A stretch of DNA of 64,000 nt from Porphyridium purpureum. Taxonomy: Eukaryota. The stretch is from NCBI GenBank assembly GCA_008690995.1, contig VRMN01000003.1, positions 1,488,001-1,552,000 of the forward strand, read 5' to 3'. Both the position numbers and the translations under genes were made by a program. Below are positions 1-9,678 of the stretch, piece by piece (within the stretch, counting starts at the first letter, position 1; each line of letters starts with the position of its first letter). The notes under the pieces are model-generated. The model had not been told where the DNA came from. It made no database searches and was given only the letters and a program-made list of their open reading frames with translations.

Positions 1-538
1 GCGAAGGCGAAGGCGTGGGAGAGGGCGTGGTCGTCGATGATTCTATCGGCGTTGGCGTCGGCGTCGGCGATGGAGATGGTGCTGCCGTCGGCGATGGCGA
101 CGGCGTCGGAGACGAAATCGGGGCTGGAGTTGGATCCCCATCACACACGTAGCTAGCGACCTTGATGACCGGCAGCCCGCTTCCCGTCGCGACTTCCGAG
201 CACTCTGAGGGTTGAATGGTCCCGCCAAAGATTGTTCGCGAGAAGAAGAGAGTATTTTCATCCGTGCATCCCGCTCCGGCGTATCCCCGCACGCTCACGA
301 CGCTAAGCGTATCTCCACACATCAACTGAGTGAGCTGCAGCGAATTGATTTCCGCGTCCGGATCTGTCCACGCGAACTCTGTGCACCCGTCCAACGTGAG
401 GTCGACCACTTCTGGAGTGCCCGAACACCCATTCGATGGAAACACCTCCAGTCTCGCAAATCCCTGCGCGAGCACCGACCCAGCCACAAGAGCAAGCACG
501 CCCACGACGGCCACCACGCCCCTAGGACCGCACTTCAT
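1..538 (-). CDS. Secreted Cys-containing protein with Pro/Ser/Thr-rich (SP/TP) stalk; partial, runs off the left edge
   Basis: Manual translation from ATG 538: signal peptide MKCGPRGVVAVVGVLALVAGSVLAQG, then an ~115-aa domain with 6 Cys, then PTPAPISSPTPSPSPTAAPSPSPTPTPTP. It is missing from the ORF track because there is no stop in the window. Confidence 0.8.
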   Translation of the reverse strand, partial: MKCGPRGVVAVVGVLALVAGSVLAQGFARLEVFPSNGCSGTPEVVDLTLDGCTEFAWTDPDAEINSLQLTQLMCGDTLSVVSVRGYAGAGCTDENTLFFSRTIFGGTIQPSECSEVATGSGLPVIKVASYVCDGDPTPAPISSPTPSPSPTAAPSPSPTPTPTPIESSTTTPSPTPSPS

Positions 539-1129
539 GATTTCGCGCACAAACCTTTGCACGATCGCCCTCCTTCCTTCCTGCGTTGCATGCTTCCCGC
601 ATCATCACCTCCGCGCGACAAAGCTTGACTCCGCTCAATCACGCGCGGTACAGTGTCAGTGAACACAGCTTCGTAGAGTTTGCGCCGTTTTGAAAGATTT
701 GCGCTGCTGGGAATCGACCGTTTAACCGCTAAACCACTCGCCGATCATTTTGAATTCCAAACACGACAAAACGCAGGGTTTCGTTCCCTTCTGACAATCA
801 CGCGCGTTTTCTGATCTTGCTGCCGGCTCCCCACGCACTAGCTTGCTCCGAACCGAATTCCTTATCGGTTCGGTTCGTCCGGCGGAATTCGCAACATCCT
901 TGTCGAGGTACACTGGAAGCACGTGCTTTGTACTAAAGTATGCTAGTGGGAGTAAAATTCACGCGTGTCAACTTGGTGATGCGTCGTGTTACTGACAACC
1001 CGGCGCCTTTAACATGCGAAACGCTGCATTTTGGCGTTTGGGTCGGGGATTACAAGAGAATGCGTTCAAGTTGGATACAGCGCGGAAGAGGGACGGGCGG
1101 TGGGCGAGAGAGGGACAGGAGGGTGATGC

Positions 1130-3778
1130 ATGGGGGGTGTAGGAGTTGTGCATGACGATGTGGTGATGGGAGTACTGGAGGTGCAGACGGGGTTTGCGTT
1201 GGACTGGTCGGGCACGCGCCGTCCGTGGGGCGGGGAGGAGTTCATGCGGTGGAGGGGTATGGACGTGAAGGATGCGGGTGGAGGCGTGCGTGCGGCGCGC
1301 GAGAATGATAGCGTCGTGACGACGTTTTTCGACGACGACGGCGCGCATGTGGACGCGGCTGGCAGCAGCGGTCGGGATGGGAGTCGCGCTGATAGAAGCG
1401 CGGGCAAGGGCAGCTCCGCGTACTCGCACGGTGGCGCTAGGCACACAGCCGCATCGTCAAAGGCAGAGTCCAGCCGGAAGGAAACGGAACAGGACGAACA
1501 GGAAACAAGCGTTGTGCTGGCTCGTTTTGATCGCAACGTGAATGGTCTCGACATGATTTCAGAAGCGCTGCTGGACCCAGACGTGTTCGAGTGGCTCATG
1601 TCCTCGCGGAAGACCCCCACGCCCACGAAGCAGAATCTCGCAGACTCGGTGAGCTTTGTGTTTGCGCAAGACCGGGCCTTCTCGCACATGAAGACAGAGG
1701 GCATTATTGTGCCACACCAGAAGAGGGGTAATTGGTTTCAGGTTTCGTCGTACTGCACAGGGTGGCCGCACGGCGTATTTTGGCCCGCGCTGACGCGACT
1801 TCGCTCGGTATCGGACCAGAAACCTCTCACAGTCCGTGGCGTGATTTCTGCAAATTTATATCCCATGCGCTTCATTGAGTTTGCGTGGTTGTCACCCAAG
1901 AGCCTGGTGGCGTCAATCGGGCTCGTCTTTGAGCCGGTCCGCTTCGACATGCACTGTTACGTGCTCGAAGGAGAAGACGACGGCTACGACCAGGATGGGC
2001 CAGTGCGCGACGATAGTGATGGTGGGTGCGGTCTGGCGCGTGAACTTCCTTCCATGGTAATTGAATATCAAAAGGGATCGCAATTTATTCCTTGCGATGC
2101 ATGCCATCGCTCTGGTTTCAAGGTTTGCATGTGCCCCGGAACAAGCGACGGTGGGTTGAGGGCTGCTACCCGTATCTTTGACACTTGGTCTGATTGGGTC
2201 TCCTTCTTTCTGTCGTCGCAAGGCCGGACGAGCAAGTTCCGCGCACGCGTCTTTGATCTGCTTGATTCCAGGCAGGCGCCTGTGGATATATTCGATTGGA
2301 AGCACCAATGCATGAGCAATGCAAGTCCAGATCGGCAAAAAATGCAGTACCTTCATTTTCTACTGGGTGACGCGTCTCGAGTGCGGGACTTTTTTACCAG
2401 TGCAGCAGATTTGATGTCCGATTTTTCAAAACTGGCCCAGGCCCGCACAGATGGCAATCGAGACAAGCGGCTGTTTCTAACCGCGAACGATAATGAAGTC
2501 CGCTCATATTCGACGGAAGGTACAACCTCATCATGTAAGCGTCGAAGGACTGAAGCTCTGCTGCAGCCGAATCAAAAAGACTCGGCGCTGAATGCGTGCG
2601 GAAACAACCAGCTTGCGGGTGAAATGTCAGGCGATCTTCGTATTGCAGCGATCGAAGAAATAGATGATACTGCAGAAGATGCACCCCAGGGCACGTACCC
2701 AGCTGGAATATCAGATGTGGCTGTCAGCATAGAAGAGACGAGGAACTGTGGCGCCACCTCGAATGCCGAGCGTGCTCCCCGAGCTGACACATTGATGTCT
2801 TTCCAAGCATTCTGTGAGAGTTTGCAGGATAAGGACAGTTTCGCGCTTCGTGCAATCGCTTCACAGTTTAGTATCCACCGAGCCAAATTGGAGATGGAGA
2901 GTCGAATGCGTGGATTTGTTGTATCGCCATCTGCATCTTCCTCAGGGTCAGCGCCACTTCCTGTGCTTGGTTCTGAGGCGACGTGGCAAGGTATTGGTTC
3001 TGCTACTATCCCCAGGAGTAGAACACCGGAGATGGCGAGAAGAATTCAGACTCCGAATGGGCAGTATCCATCATCTCATGCGATCGGGGGCTCACCCGGT
3101 ATAATGACTGGGCCTCAAGTGCCATCAGCACATCGATTCCAGCCTCAGTCGTTGCATGGCAAACGCCAACTGTACCAATCATCACACGCACAAGATACGC
3201 CGCGGTACATTGAAAGCCGCCACGGGAACCAGTACCCGTACCCTGACGAGGAACAAAGGATGCTCCCTGTGATGCAGCAGGGCTCTTGCGTCTACGAGCA
3301 GCAAACGGAAAAGCCGCACGTGCAAGGGCAGCAGCGGCTACAGCCGCAGCAACAACAGCAACAGCAGCCTTTAGAGCAAAGCGCGCACTCGAAAGCGAGG
3401 TGGGATGCGAATTTTCAACCGCTTGGAGGAGTGGCGCTCACGCCACCCGGTGGAAACCAAAATGGTGATTCTGCTCGTAAAGCCAGTCCATGCGAAGACA
3501 AGCCCGATGAGTATAGATGTCGAACATGCGGTAAGAGTTTTGCTACGAGCTCGAACCGCACACGGCACGAGCGAAGTACGCACGAAAGAAAGGTTATATT
3601 CGAGTGCGATAAGTGTCCCAGGACATTTACGAGCAAGTTCAATTTGGACAGGCATGTGAGCGATATTCATTTGGGTGTGAGGAAGTTTACGTGTCCTGTA
3701 TGTGCTGAAGAATTCACGCGCAAGAGCGATTGGACGAAGCACGAACAGGTTTGTCGTGATGTGAATCCTCGCGTCTGA
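1130..3778 (+). CDS. C2H2 zinc-finger protein (3 C-terminal fingers) with uncharacterised N-terminal domain
   Basis: Fingers CRTC..H..H, CDKC..H..H and CPVC..H..C at the C-terminus; Q-rich linker; CDAC-x6-CMC motif in the N-terminal half. Confidence 0.85.
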   Translation: MGGVGVVHDDVVMGVLEVQTGFALDWSGTRRPWGGEEFMRWRGMDVKDAGGGVRAARENDSVVTTFFDDDGAHVDAAGSSGRDGSRADRSAGKGSSAYSHGGARHTAASSKAESSRKETEQDEQETSVVLARFDRNVNGLDMISEALLDPDVFEWLMSSRKTPTPTKQNLADSVSFVFAQDRAFSHMKTEGIIVPHQKRGNWFQVSSYCTGWPHGVFWPALTRLRSVSDQKPLTVRGVISANLYPMRFIEFAWLSPKSLVASIGLVFEPVRFDMHCYVLEGEDDGYDQDGPVRDDSDGGCGLARELPSMVIEYQKGSQFIPCDACHRSGFKVCMCPGTSDGGLRAATRIFDTWSDWVSFFLSSQGRTSKFRARVFDLLDSRQAPVDIFDWKHQCMSNASPDRQKMQYLHFLLGDASRVRDFFTSAADLMSDFSKLAQARTDGNRDKRLFLTANDNEVRSYSTEGTTSSCKRRRTEALLQPNQKDSALNACGNNQLAGEMSGDLRIAAIEEIDDTAEDAPQGTYPAGISDVAVSIEETRNCGATSNAERAPRADTLMSFQAFCESLQDKDSFALRAIASQFSIHRAKLEMESRMRGFVVSPSASSSGSAPLPVLGSEATWQGIGSATIPRSRTPEMARRIQTPNGQYPSSHAIGGSPGIMTGPQVPSAHRFQPQSLHGKRQLYQSSHAQDTPRYIESRHGNQYPYPDEEQRMLPVMQQGSCVYEQQTEKPHVQGQQRLQPQQQQQQQPLEQSAHSKARWDANFQPLGGVALTPPGGNQNGDSARKASPCEDKPDEYRCRTCGKSFATSSNRTRHERSTHERKVIFECDKCPRTFTSKFNLDRHVSDIHLGVRKFTCPVCAEEFTRKSDWTKHEQVCRDVNPRV

Positions 3779-3898
3779 AACGCAGTAAAACACGTAGCTC
3801 GCGTGCTTGGATGTGTTGATTCACTCGTTCCTCTCTGGTTTTTGCTGTTCGTATGTCATGTTTGCTAATATCTGTTGTACGCGCTCGCGCAATATCCA

Positions 3899-4555
3899 TT
3901 ACGGGGGTAGCTTGAGCTTCTGGCCCTTCGTCTTATTCAAAAAGTAGTAGTAGAAAAAATCTGCGTAGAGGGCTGTTTGGATCGTGCCGGCGATCCACTC
4001 AATCCAGTGCCTGTATCGCGGCTCTGTGAAAAACCTCCACACCCAATTGAGAAGGTAGAGCGCTCTGTAGCCGCCAAGACACGCAATGTAGTGCGACGTA
4101 AGATTCTCTACCTCGCCCGTCTTTTGCAAAAGATAGAGCTGCGGAATGATAGCGACCGATTCCATGTAAATGGAGAAAGCCCACACAATTTCAAAGAAGG
4201 TGTTTCGATAGTGAAACAAAGTGCCTGCCAGGCACGCGGGCACGATGAGGAACTCGACTCGGAACGTATCGTCCTTGACACTGTACGTTTGCTTGTACTT
4301 CTTCCTCATCAGGTACACGATATATGCGCTGGACGCGATGAACAGAATCTTGAACACTGTGTTGTACATGGTGAGGCCGCTGCGGAACGGGTTTGTGAAG
4401 AGCAGGTCCAAGTATCGCGTGCAGAACACCAGCAAGTACAACTGCTGCGTGCGCAGCGAAATCCCCGCCACATTCTTCGACGTCTTGATCTTCAGGGTCA
4501 GCACAAAAATGCTGAACACGTGCAGCAGATCACCCCCGAGCCGAAACAAGTTCAT
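3899..4555 (-). CDS. ERD2: ER lumen protein-retaining (KDEL) receptor
   Basis: MNLFRLGGDLLH, GISLRTQQLY..TRYLDL, FSIYMESVAIIPQL, YRALYLLNW and QTALYADFFYYY are all ERD2 hallmarks. Start placed at ATG 4555. Confidence 0.97.
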   Translation of the reverse strand: MNLFRLGGDLLHVFSIFVLTLKIKTSKNVAGISLRTQQLYLLVFCTRYLDLLFTNPFRSGLTMYNTVFKILFIASSAYIVYLMRKKYKQTYSVKDDTFRVEFLIVPACLAGTLFHYRNTFFEIVWAFSIYMESVAIIPQLYLLQKTGEVENLTSHYIACLGGYRALYLLNWVWRFFTEPRYRHWIEWIAGTIQTALYADFFYYYFLNKTKGQKLKLPP

Positions 4556-4928
4556 CCTCTCGACGCCTCTCCTCCCCGCACGCTTTCTCTCTCCTTCCCC
4601 CCCGTCTTCCCTCAACGCTCTCTTGTCTCATCCACATCCGCCCCCTCTTACCCTCCTTCTCTCTATCCACGACTTTTTTCCTTAGCCCTTTTGGCTCGGT
4701 AGTAGAACAAGCGCCATGACCATAACATCCTTCACGCCTAACCCTATATCATTCACATATCAAAACAGGTACGTTTTAGTAAATTAAAGTACAGCTCTCG
4801 CTGTCCCCTGCTTATTTGTTCTCAGACGCTCCGATTTGTCACGAAAGGTGGAGGTACAGTAGTTGTGTGGCGGTACAGTGAGCTGAACACTCTCGAGGCA
4901 GCTGGAGATTAAGAGCAGTAGGTCCAGG

Positions 4929-7298
4929 ATGCTGGCACACGAGACTGAGGCACCAAGGCGTTGCGCTGAGAAGCAGACATCATCGCGCGCGCTCAGCATG
5001 TTTGCCGCGCACCATGGCGCAGGCGCGGTCCGAACCCAAGAACGCGAAGCGTGGGGTGCGTCTGAGTGGGTGTGCGCTGCGCTGGACGGGACGCATGGAC
5101 GCAGTTCGCGGTGGCGTCGATGCAAGTGCGTCGCGCAAATGACTGCGCATCGCACGCGCCGCCAAGACAGCGGGCACGCCCGAGAGGACACGCTTCCAGA
5201 CGAGTCTGCGTCAAACGCACAAGTGCGCGAGGCTGAGAGGTATGCTGCTCGTTTACAGCATAGGAAAACTGTGCCCAGCAGAGCTTCGGCACAGCCAGAT
5301 GGAGGGCCAAAGACTCCGACAAGCGTGCCGTCGAGCGCGCCGTTGGCCGAGCGACCGAAGCCAGGGCCTGGTAAACCGCTTCCAGTACAGGCAAGGCTCC
5401 GTCGCCTTGAGCTCAGCCTGGCCAAATTGGCGCGCGCTTCCCCGCAGACACGCCAGCGCTTTCTAGACGCAGTGATGGAAATGGTGCACGACCCGAAAAT
5501 CAATATCGTGGGGCTCGCATGGCTTTTGCGACTCGTGGCAAAGTACGCCCAGGACGTGCCATCTGGTGGTCGAGATCGTACGCGGATCGGCAGAGCATCT
5601 ACCCACAAAGGCTCGTCCTCTGGAAGCTTGGATTGCTTTATGAATCAGGACCAATTCTTCGCAGCTTGGAAACTGAAGGCCATGGACCAAATGCGCAGCG
5701 ACGCTCCCATGGATGGAAAAACTATATCAAGCTTGCTCCACTCAATCAGTATTCTACGCATTGGGGCACATGATGAATTCGCGACCCTAGCATTGAACTT
5801 GGCCGTCAAAATGCAGCATGACGTATCCTTGCAGTCTCTTGGAGCCATATATGCTTCACTGGCAAAGATGAACATCAAGCCATCTCGACAGCAGCTGAAG
5901 GCTTTGACCCATCGCTTGGTAAAAGACAGCGCCGATGCTGGAAACGCGCGCCCAGACTCACAAGCTCTGACGAATATAGCCTGGGCGCTCGCGAAGTTTG
6001 AATGCAAACTGTCTCCTGATACTTGTCACGCATTGCTCGCGCACTTTGAGAGAGCCTTGCCAGAGGCCAGACCAGAGAATTTATCCATTTTTATGTGGTC
6101 CCTGGCGAAGCTGTCCGTGCAGCCGGCAGAACCGTTTCTGGCAGCGTGGGAAACTCGTTTTATACAAGTGGCCGGCCAAGTTCTTCCTCAAAACTTGGCA
6201 AATTGTGTCTGGGCCTTAGGCTCTCTGAGGCTGCAACCGAGCCGGAAATTCATGGACGCTTGGTTTTCCTCATTTGAAGCGCGCTATGCCAAGTTCAGTG
6301 AGCAGCACCTCGCCAATATTGTGTGGGGACTCGCGCGCTTGGACATGAAGCCCGGCAAAGACTTTTGGCTCCTTTGGTTCAGTCGCGCTTCTCTTTGTAT
6401 GGGTGTGGAGCCACACAAGCCCCAGCATTTGTCCATGAGTCTGTGGGGCATGGCAAAACTGGATGTAAAACCGGGCCTTCGGTACCAGAAAATCATGTCG
6501 CAGTATTTGAATGATATCATCTCCAGTCCAGCTTTGCAGCCACAGCACGCAACAAATATACTTTGGGCATTGGCGCGCCTCGACCTGCCAGTGTCCGATG
6601 AATTTGCGCGGCGATGGATGCAGAGATTTTGCGAGCTCACCCGTGGCTTTTCGTTACAGAACCTTGCAAACACTCTGTGGGCGCTTGGCCGGTTGAAGAT
6701 AGAACCGAGCGGGGAACTGATGAATGCCTGGTATATTGCATTTGAAAAGCAGGTCGCGGATCAGCGGCAGGTTAGTCCGCTCGCGCTATCGTCAATCATT
6801 TACGGCTTTTCGCGCCTTGGGGTTAGTCCTTGTGAGCGCTTTCTAGACAGTTGGTTTGGAGTGGGAGAGGCGACTCTCAGCGAGTGGAACCCGCGCATGC
6901 TTGCGAATTCGCTGTGGGCGTTAGCAAAGCTGGGCGTGTTTCCGCACGATGAATTCCTGGAAAAGTGGCTCGGAACGTTCGAAGGTCACTTATCGGAGTG
7001 CTCTGCCCAGCACATTGCCAATGTACTCTGGAGCTATGGCACTTTGGGAGTCATTTGTCCAGGAGAGCACTTGCACAAGTGCTTGGACTCGCTTATTCCT
7101 CGGCTGTCGATTGCAACACACGAGGAGGCTTCCGGTGCGCTTTGGGCGTTTGGTGAGCTCAAGACAAAAGGTGCCGTATTTGATACCGCCAGGCTCAAGC
7201 CCGTTGTGGCTGCATACCTTCAGCAGGTTCCATACACCAGCGGCGCGAATCCGAAAGTCGAACGAGCCTTGGCACTTTTGGGCTTCAACCCAAATTAG
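4929..7298 (+). CDS. Octotricopeptide-repeat (OPR, TBC2-like) helical-repeat RNA-binding protein, probably organelle-targeted
   Basis: About 12-13 tandem ~38-aa repeats of the form PQxLANxxWALAKLxxxP..F...W. N-terminal Ala/Arg-rich extension; the true start may be ATG 4998. Confidence 0.85.
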   Translation: MLAHETEAPRRCAEKQTSSRALSMFAAHHGAGAVRTQEREAWGASEWVCAALDGTHGRSSRWRRCKCVAQMTAHRTRRQDSGHAREDTLPDESASNAQVREAERYAARLQHRKTVPSRASAQPDGGPKTPTSVPSSAPLAERPKPGPGKPLPVQARLRRLELSLAKLARASPQTRQRFLDAVMEMVHDPKINIVGLAWLLRLVAKYAQDVPSGGRDRTRIGRASTHKGSSSGSLDCFMNQDQFFAAWKLKAMDQMRSDAPMDGKTISSLLHSISILRIGAHDEFATLALNLAVKMQHDVSLQSLGAIYASLAKMNIKPSRQQLKALTHRLVKDSADAGNARPDSQALTNIAWALAKFECKLSPDTCHALLAHFERALPEARPENLSIFMWSLAKLSVQPAEPFLAAWETRFIQVAGQVLPQNLANCVWALGSLRLQPSRKFMDAWFSSFEARYAKFSEQHLANIVWGLARLDMKPGKDFWLLWFSRASLCMGVEPHKPQHLSMSLWGMAKLDVKPGLRYQKIMSQYLNDIISSPALQPQHATNILWALARLDLPVSDEFARRWMQRFCELTRGFSLQNLANTLWALGRLKIEPSGELMNAWYIAFEKQVADQRQVSPLALSSIIYGFSRLGVSPCERFLDSWFGVGEATLSEWNPRMLANSLWALAKLGVFPHDEFLEKWLGTFEGHLSECSAQHIANVLWSYGTLGVICPGEHLHKCLDSLIPRLSIATHEEASGALWAFGELKTKGAVFDTARLKPVVAAYLQQVPYTSGANPKVERALALLGFNPN

Positions 7299-7543
7299 TG
7301 AGTCCCTTTTAGAATACGAACAGCTGCGTTGCGACACTTGAGGAGTTGAAGCCGGACGTAAGGCTCCCTCCCCTTGCCTGTTCAGTCTTCGTCAGATGTT
7401 GATTCGAGGCACTTGATGGGTAAAAAATATCTGTGCACTTCGTCAGTCACTCCGCGTTTCAGAGTGGAAGGAAAAATTACGTTTTGGATAACACATGCGT
7501 GCGTGCAGTACGGAAGGATACTCAGGCATTGCGCTTCCTGGGC

Positions 7544-9001
7544 ATGGAGCGGCGCAGCTTGCCGATAAAGCCGAACTTCCGCACGCCATTGCGGAGTCTG
7601 GGAAACCTGCCTAGCATTCCCGAGTGTGAGAACGAGATGGACGAGAGTGAGGACGGGATGGACATGCTGCCGCGTGCGCGTTTCGGCGACCGCGAAGCAA
7701 TATCGGATTCACCTATCGCGGAACAGAACCAGAGGCAGACGCAAGACCGGCGTCGACCTGGCGCGGGCGCCGGCGATATGCCAAGTGGTGTACTCGGGGG
7801 AGGTGCTCGGCCGCCTGCCCGGCCTCCAGTGATGATGGGTCGCTCCACCCACGCAGAGAAGGCGAGTGCTGGGCTCGGGATTCCTGGACATTCTATCGCT
7901 ACCACAGCGGTCCGGTGGGATCTGGACCCTGCGGTGGAGCAGCCACTAGGCGTTACGGACGACGTCGCCATGGCGTGGAATGGAGACGAGGGCGAAACTG
8001 ACTGGAGCCCGCTCGGTTGGGAAACCTGTTTTGACCGACGCAGTATGATACAAACAGAATGTGAGACGGCTTCTGTCAGTAGCTCGAGCAATGCGCCAGC
8101 CGGAGGCCAGGATATGTTTGCCGTATATTCCGCAGGCAACCTGGAAGCTGAGTGCTTGGTTTTACTGTTGCACGGCGGGGGGCATTGCGCCCTCACTTGG
8201 GGGCCTGTGGCTCGACTAGTGGCGGACACAAATCAGATTCTGGCCGTAGCGTACGATGCTCGAGCACACGGAGATTCACATTGTCATGATGAGACAGACC
8301 TTAGCGCTGCACGTCAGGTGCGGGACGCCGTGAAGGTCCTTGCGGCGCTCCGAGAATCTATGAACTTGCGGGCCTTTGAAAAGATCTGTGTGGTGGGACA
8401 CAGCATGGGTGGCGCCATTGCAATTAAGCTGGCTGCGTCCGGTGAGCTCGGTAAGGCTCTTTTTGGCGTGGCGGTGATTGACGTCGTAGAAGGCAGCGCA
8501 CTCGCGTCCCTGCCTTACATGCAAACGTTCCTCCGTTCCCGTCCACAGCATTTTAGCTCTATCGAAGACTGCATTAAGTATCATGTGCAGTCGAACCAGA
8601 TCAGGCGCCTGGACTCGGCGCGTGTAAGTACGAGCCCAGAGCTAAGCCGCTTGTCTTCTGCAAGCGCAGAGAAACAGTATGTGTGGCGGACCAATCTGGA
8701 GCAGAGCGAACCCTTTTGGCGAGGCTGGTTTGAAAACCTGTCAAAGGAGTTCTTAGCCTCAGACGCGCAAAAGCTCCTCATCCTCGCGGCTCTAGATCGC
8801 TTTGACAAGGAGCTTACGATTGCGCAGATGCAGGGGAAGTTTCAGACAGCCATGATGCGTGGAGCCGGACATTCAGTCCACATGGACAAACCAGAGGAGA
8901 CTGCGCGCACGCTCGTTGATTTTATCAAGCGGTCGACGCGCTCCGTGATGACTTTGCCTTCAAAGTTGGCGAACACCAAGGCTGTGCCTCCGTGCTGCTA
9001 G
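7544..9001 (+). CDS. PPME1: Protein phosphatase methylesterase 1 (PME-1)
   Basis: LLHGGGH, GHSMGG nucleophile elbow, IDVVEGSA, W.GWFENLS..FL and DKELTIAQMQGKFQ. Start placed at the first ATG, 7544. Confidence 0.92.
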   Translation: MERRSLPIKPNFRTPLRSLGNLPSIPECENEMDESEDGMDMLPRARFGDREAISDSPIAEQNQRQTQDRRRPGAGAGDMPSGVLGGGARPPARPPVMMGRSTHAEKASAGLGIPGHSIATTAVRWDLDPAVEQPLGVTDDVAMAWNGDEGETDWSPLGWETCFDRRSMIQTECETASVSSSSNAPAGGQDMFAVYSAGNLEAECLVLLLHGGGHCALTWGPVARLVADTNQILAVAYDARAHGDSHCHDETDLSAARQVRDAVKVLAALRESMNLRAFEKICVVGHSMGGAIAIKLAASGELGKALFGVAVIDVVEGSALASLPYMQTFLRSRPQHFSSIEDCIKYHVQSNQIRRLDSARVSTSPELSRLSSASAEKQYVWRTNLEQSEPFWRGWFENLSKEFLASDAQKLLILAALDRFDKELTIAQMQGKFQTAMMRGAGHSVHMDKPEETARTLVDFIKRSTRSVMTLPSKLANTKAVPPCC

Positions 9002-9678
9002 ATGCCGGGTGCATATTTGTCACTATGTCTATCTCATGAAGCAGATCGACACGTCTTTGCGTCAGAAGGGTCCCTTCTTCCGTGATTGAAGAAACGAATT
9101 TTCCCAGACGTGAAGCGCAGCCTGAAGAACCGACTCCTAATCTTGCGCTTCGGGTCGCGAAGGTCGAGCCCCAGACCCGACTTGTACGGGAGCGTTGCGG
9201 AATGTACTCACCTCAGCACTTGCAGACCTGTCGGGCCGAGCTCATAACGCTTGTCTCATTCCTTCTGCGGGAACCTCTCTCACCCAACGTCGAGAATTCT
9301 TCGGTTTAGGACATGAACATCTGGCCTCCAGTCTGAGCTCTAACTCTCGAGGAGGCTCCTTTTCAGAGGGGCAAGATGCACAGCACCGGTAGTGATCATC
9401 GTGCCGTCTCGCGGATCTACTGCGGGCGCGCTGGTGAGGTGAAAACGCGACCACCAGGATTAGCATGGCGAGCGAACGGTGGAAGCGCATCCTGGCCAGT
9501 ACGCGCACATGCTCGAATGTCAACATGTGGTTTGTGACTTCCGCGGATCGTCGCTCATGTCCCTCGGAGGCAGATTTGCATTGAATATCTGCATTTTGAA
9601 ACCCTGATGCGGCGGACGACTTTCTGGTACCAAGCTTGTCCTTACTCGCCGGTTGACATTTATTTCACTGGCGAATAA

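Noticed and set aside
4681..4710. GCCCTTTTGGCT...GTAGTA resembling the 5' end of U2 snRNA
   Set aside because: It lacks AAGATCAAGT, the TCTGTTC after the branch-pairing region and an Sm site.
8985..9001. PME-1 C-terminal PPCC as a prenylation signal
   Set aside because: CC prenylation normally requires a Rab/REP context, and nothing else here supports it.
9458..9469. GATTAGCATGGC, identical to part of U6 snRNA
   Set aside because: There is no ACAGAGA box upstream and no U6 internal stem-loop downstream, so this is probably a chance 12-mer.
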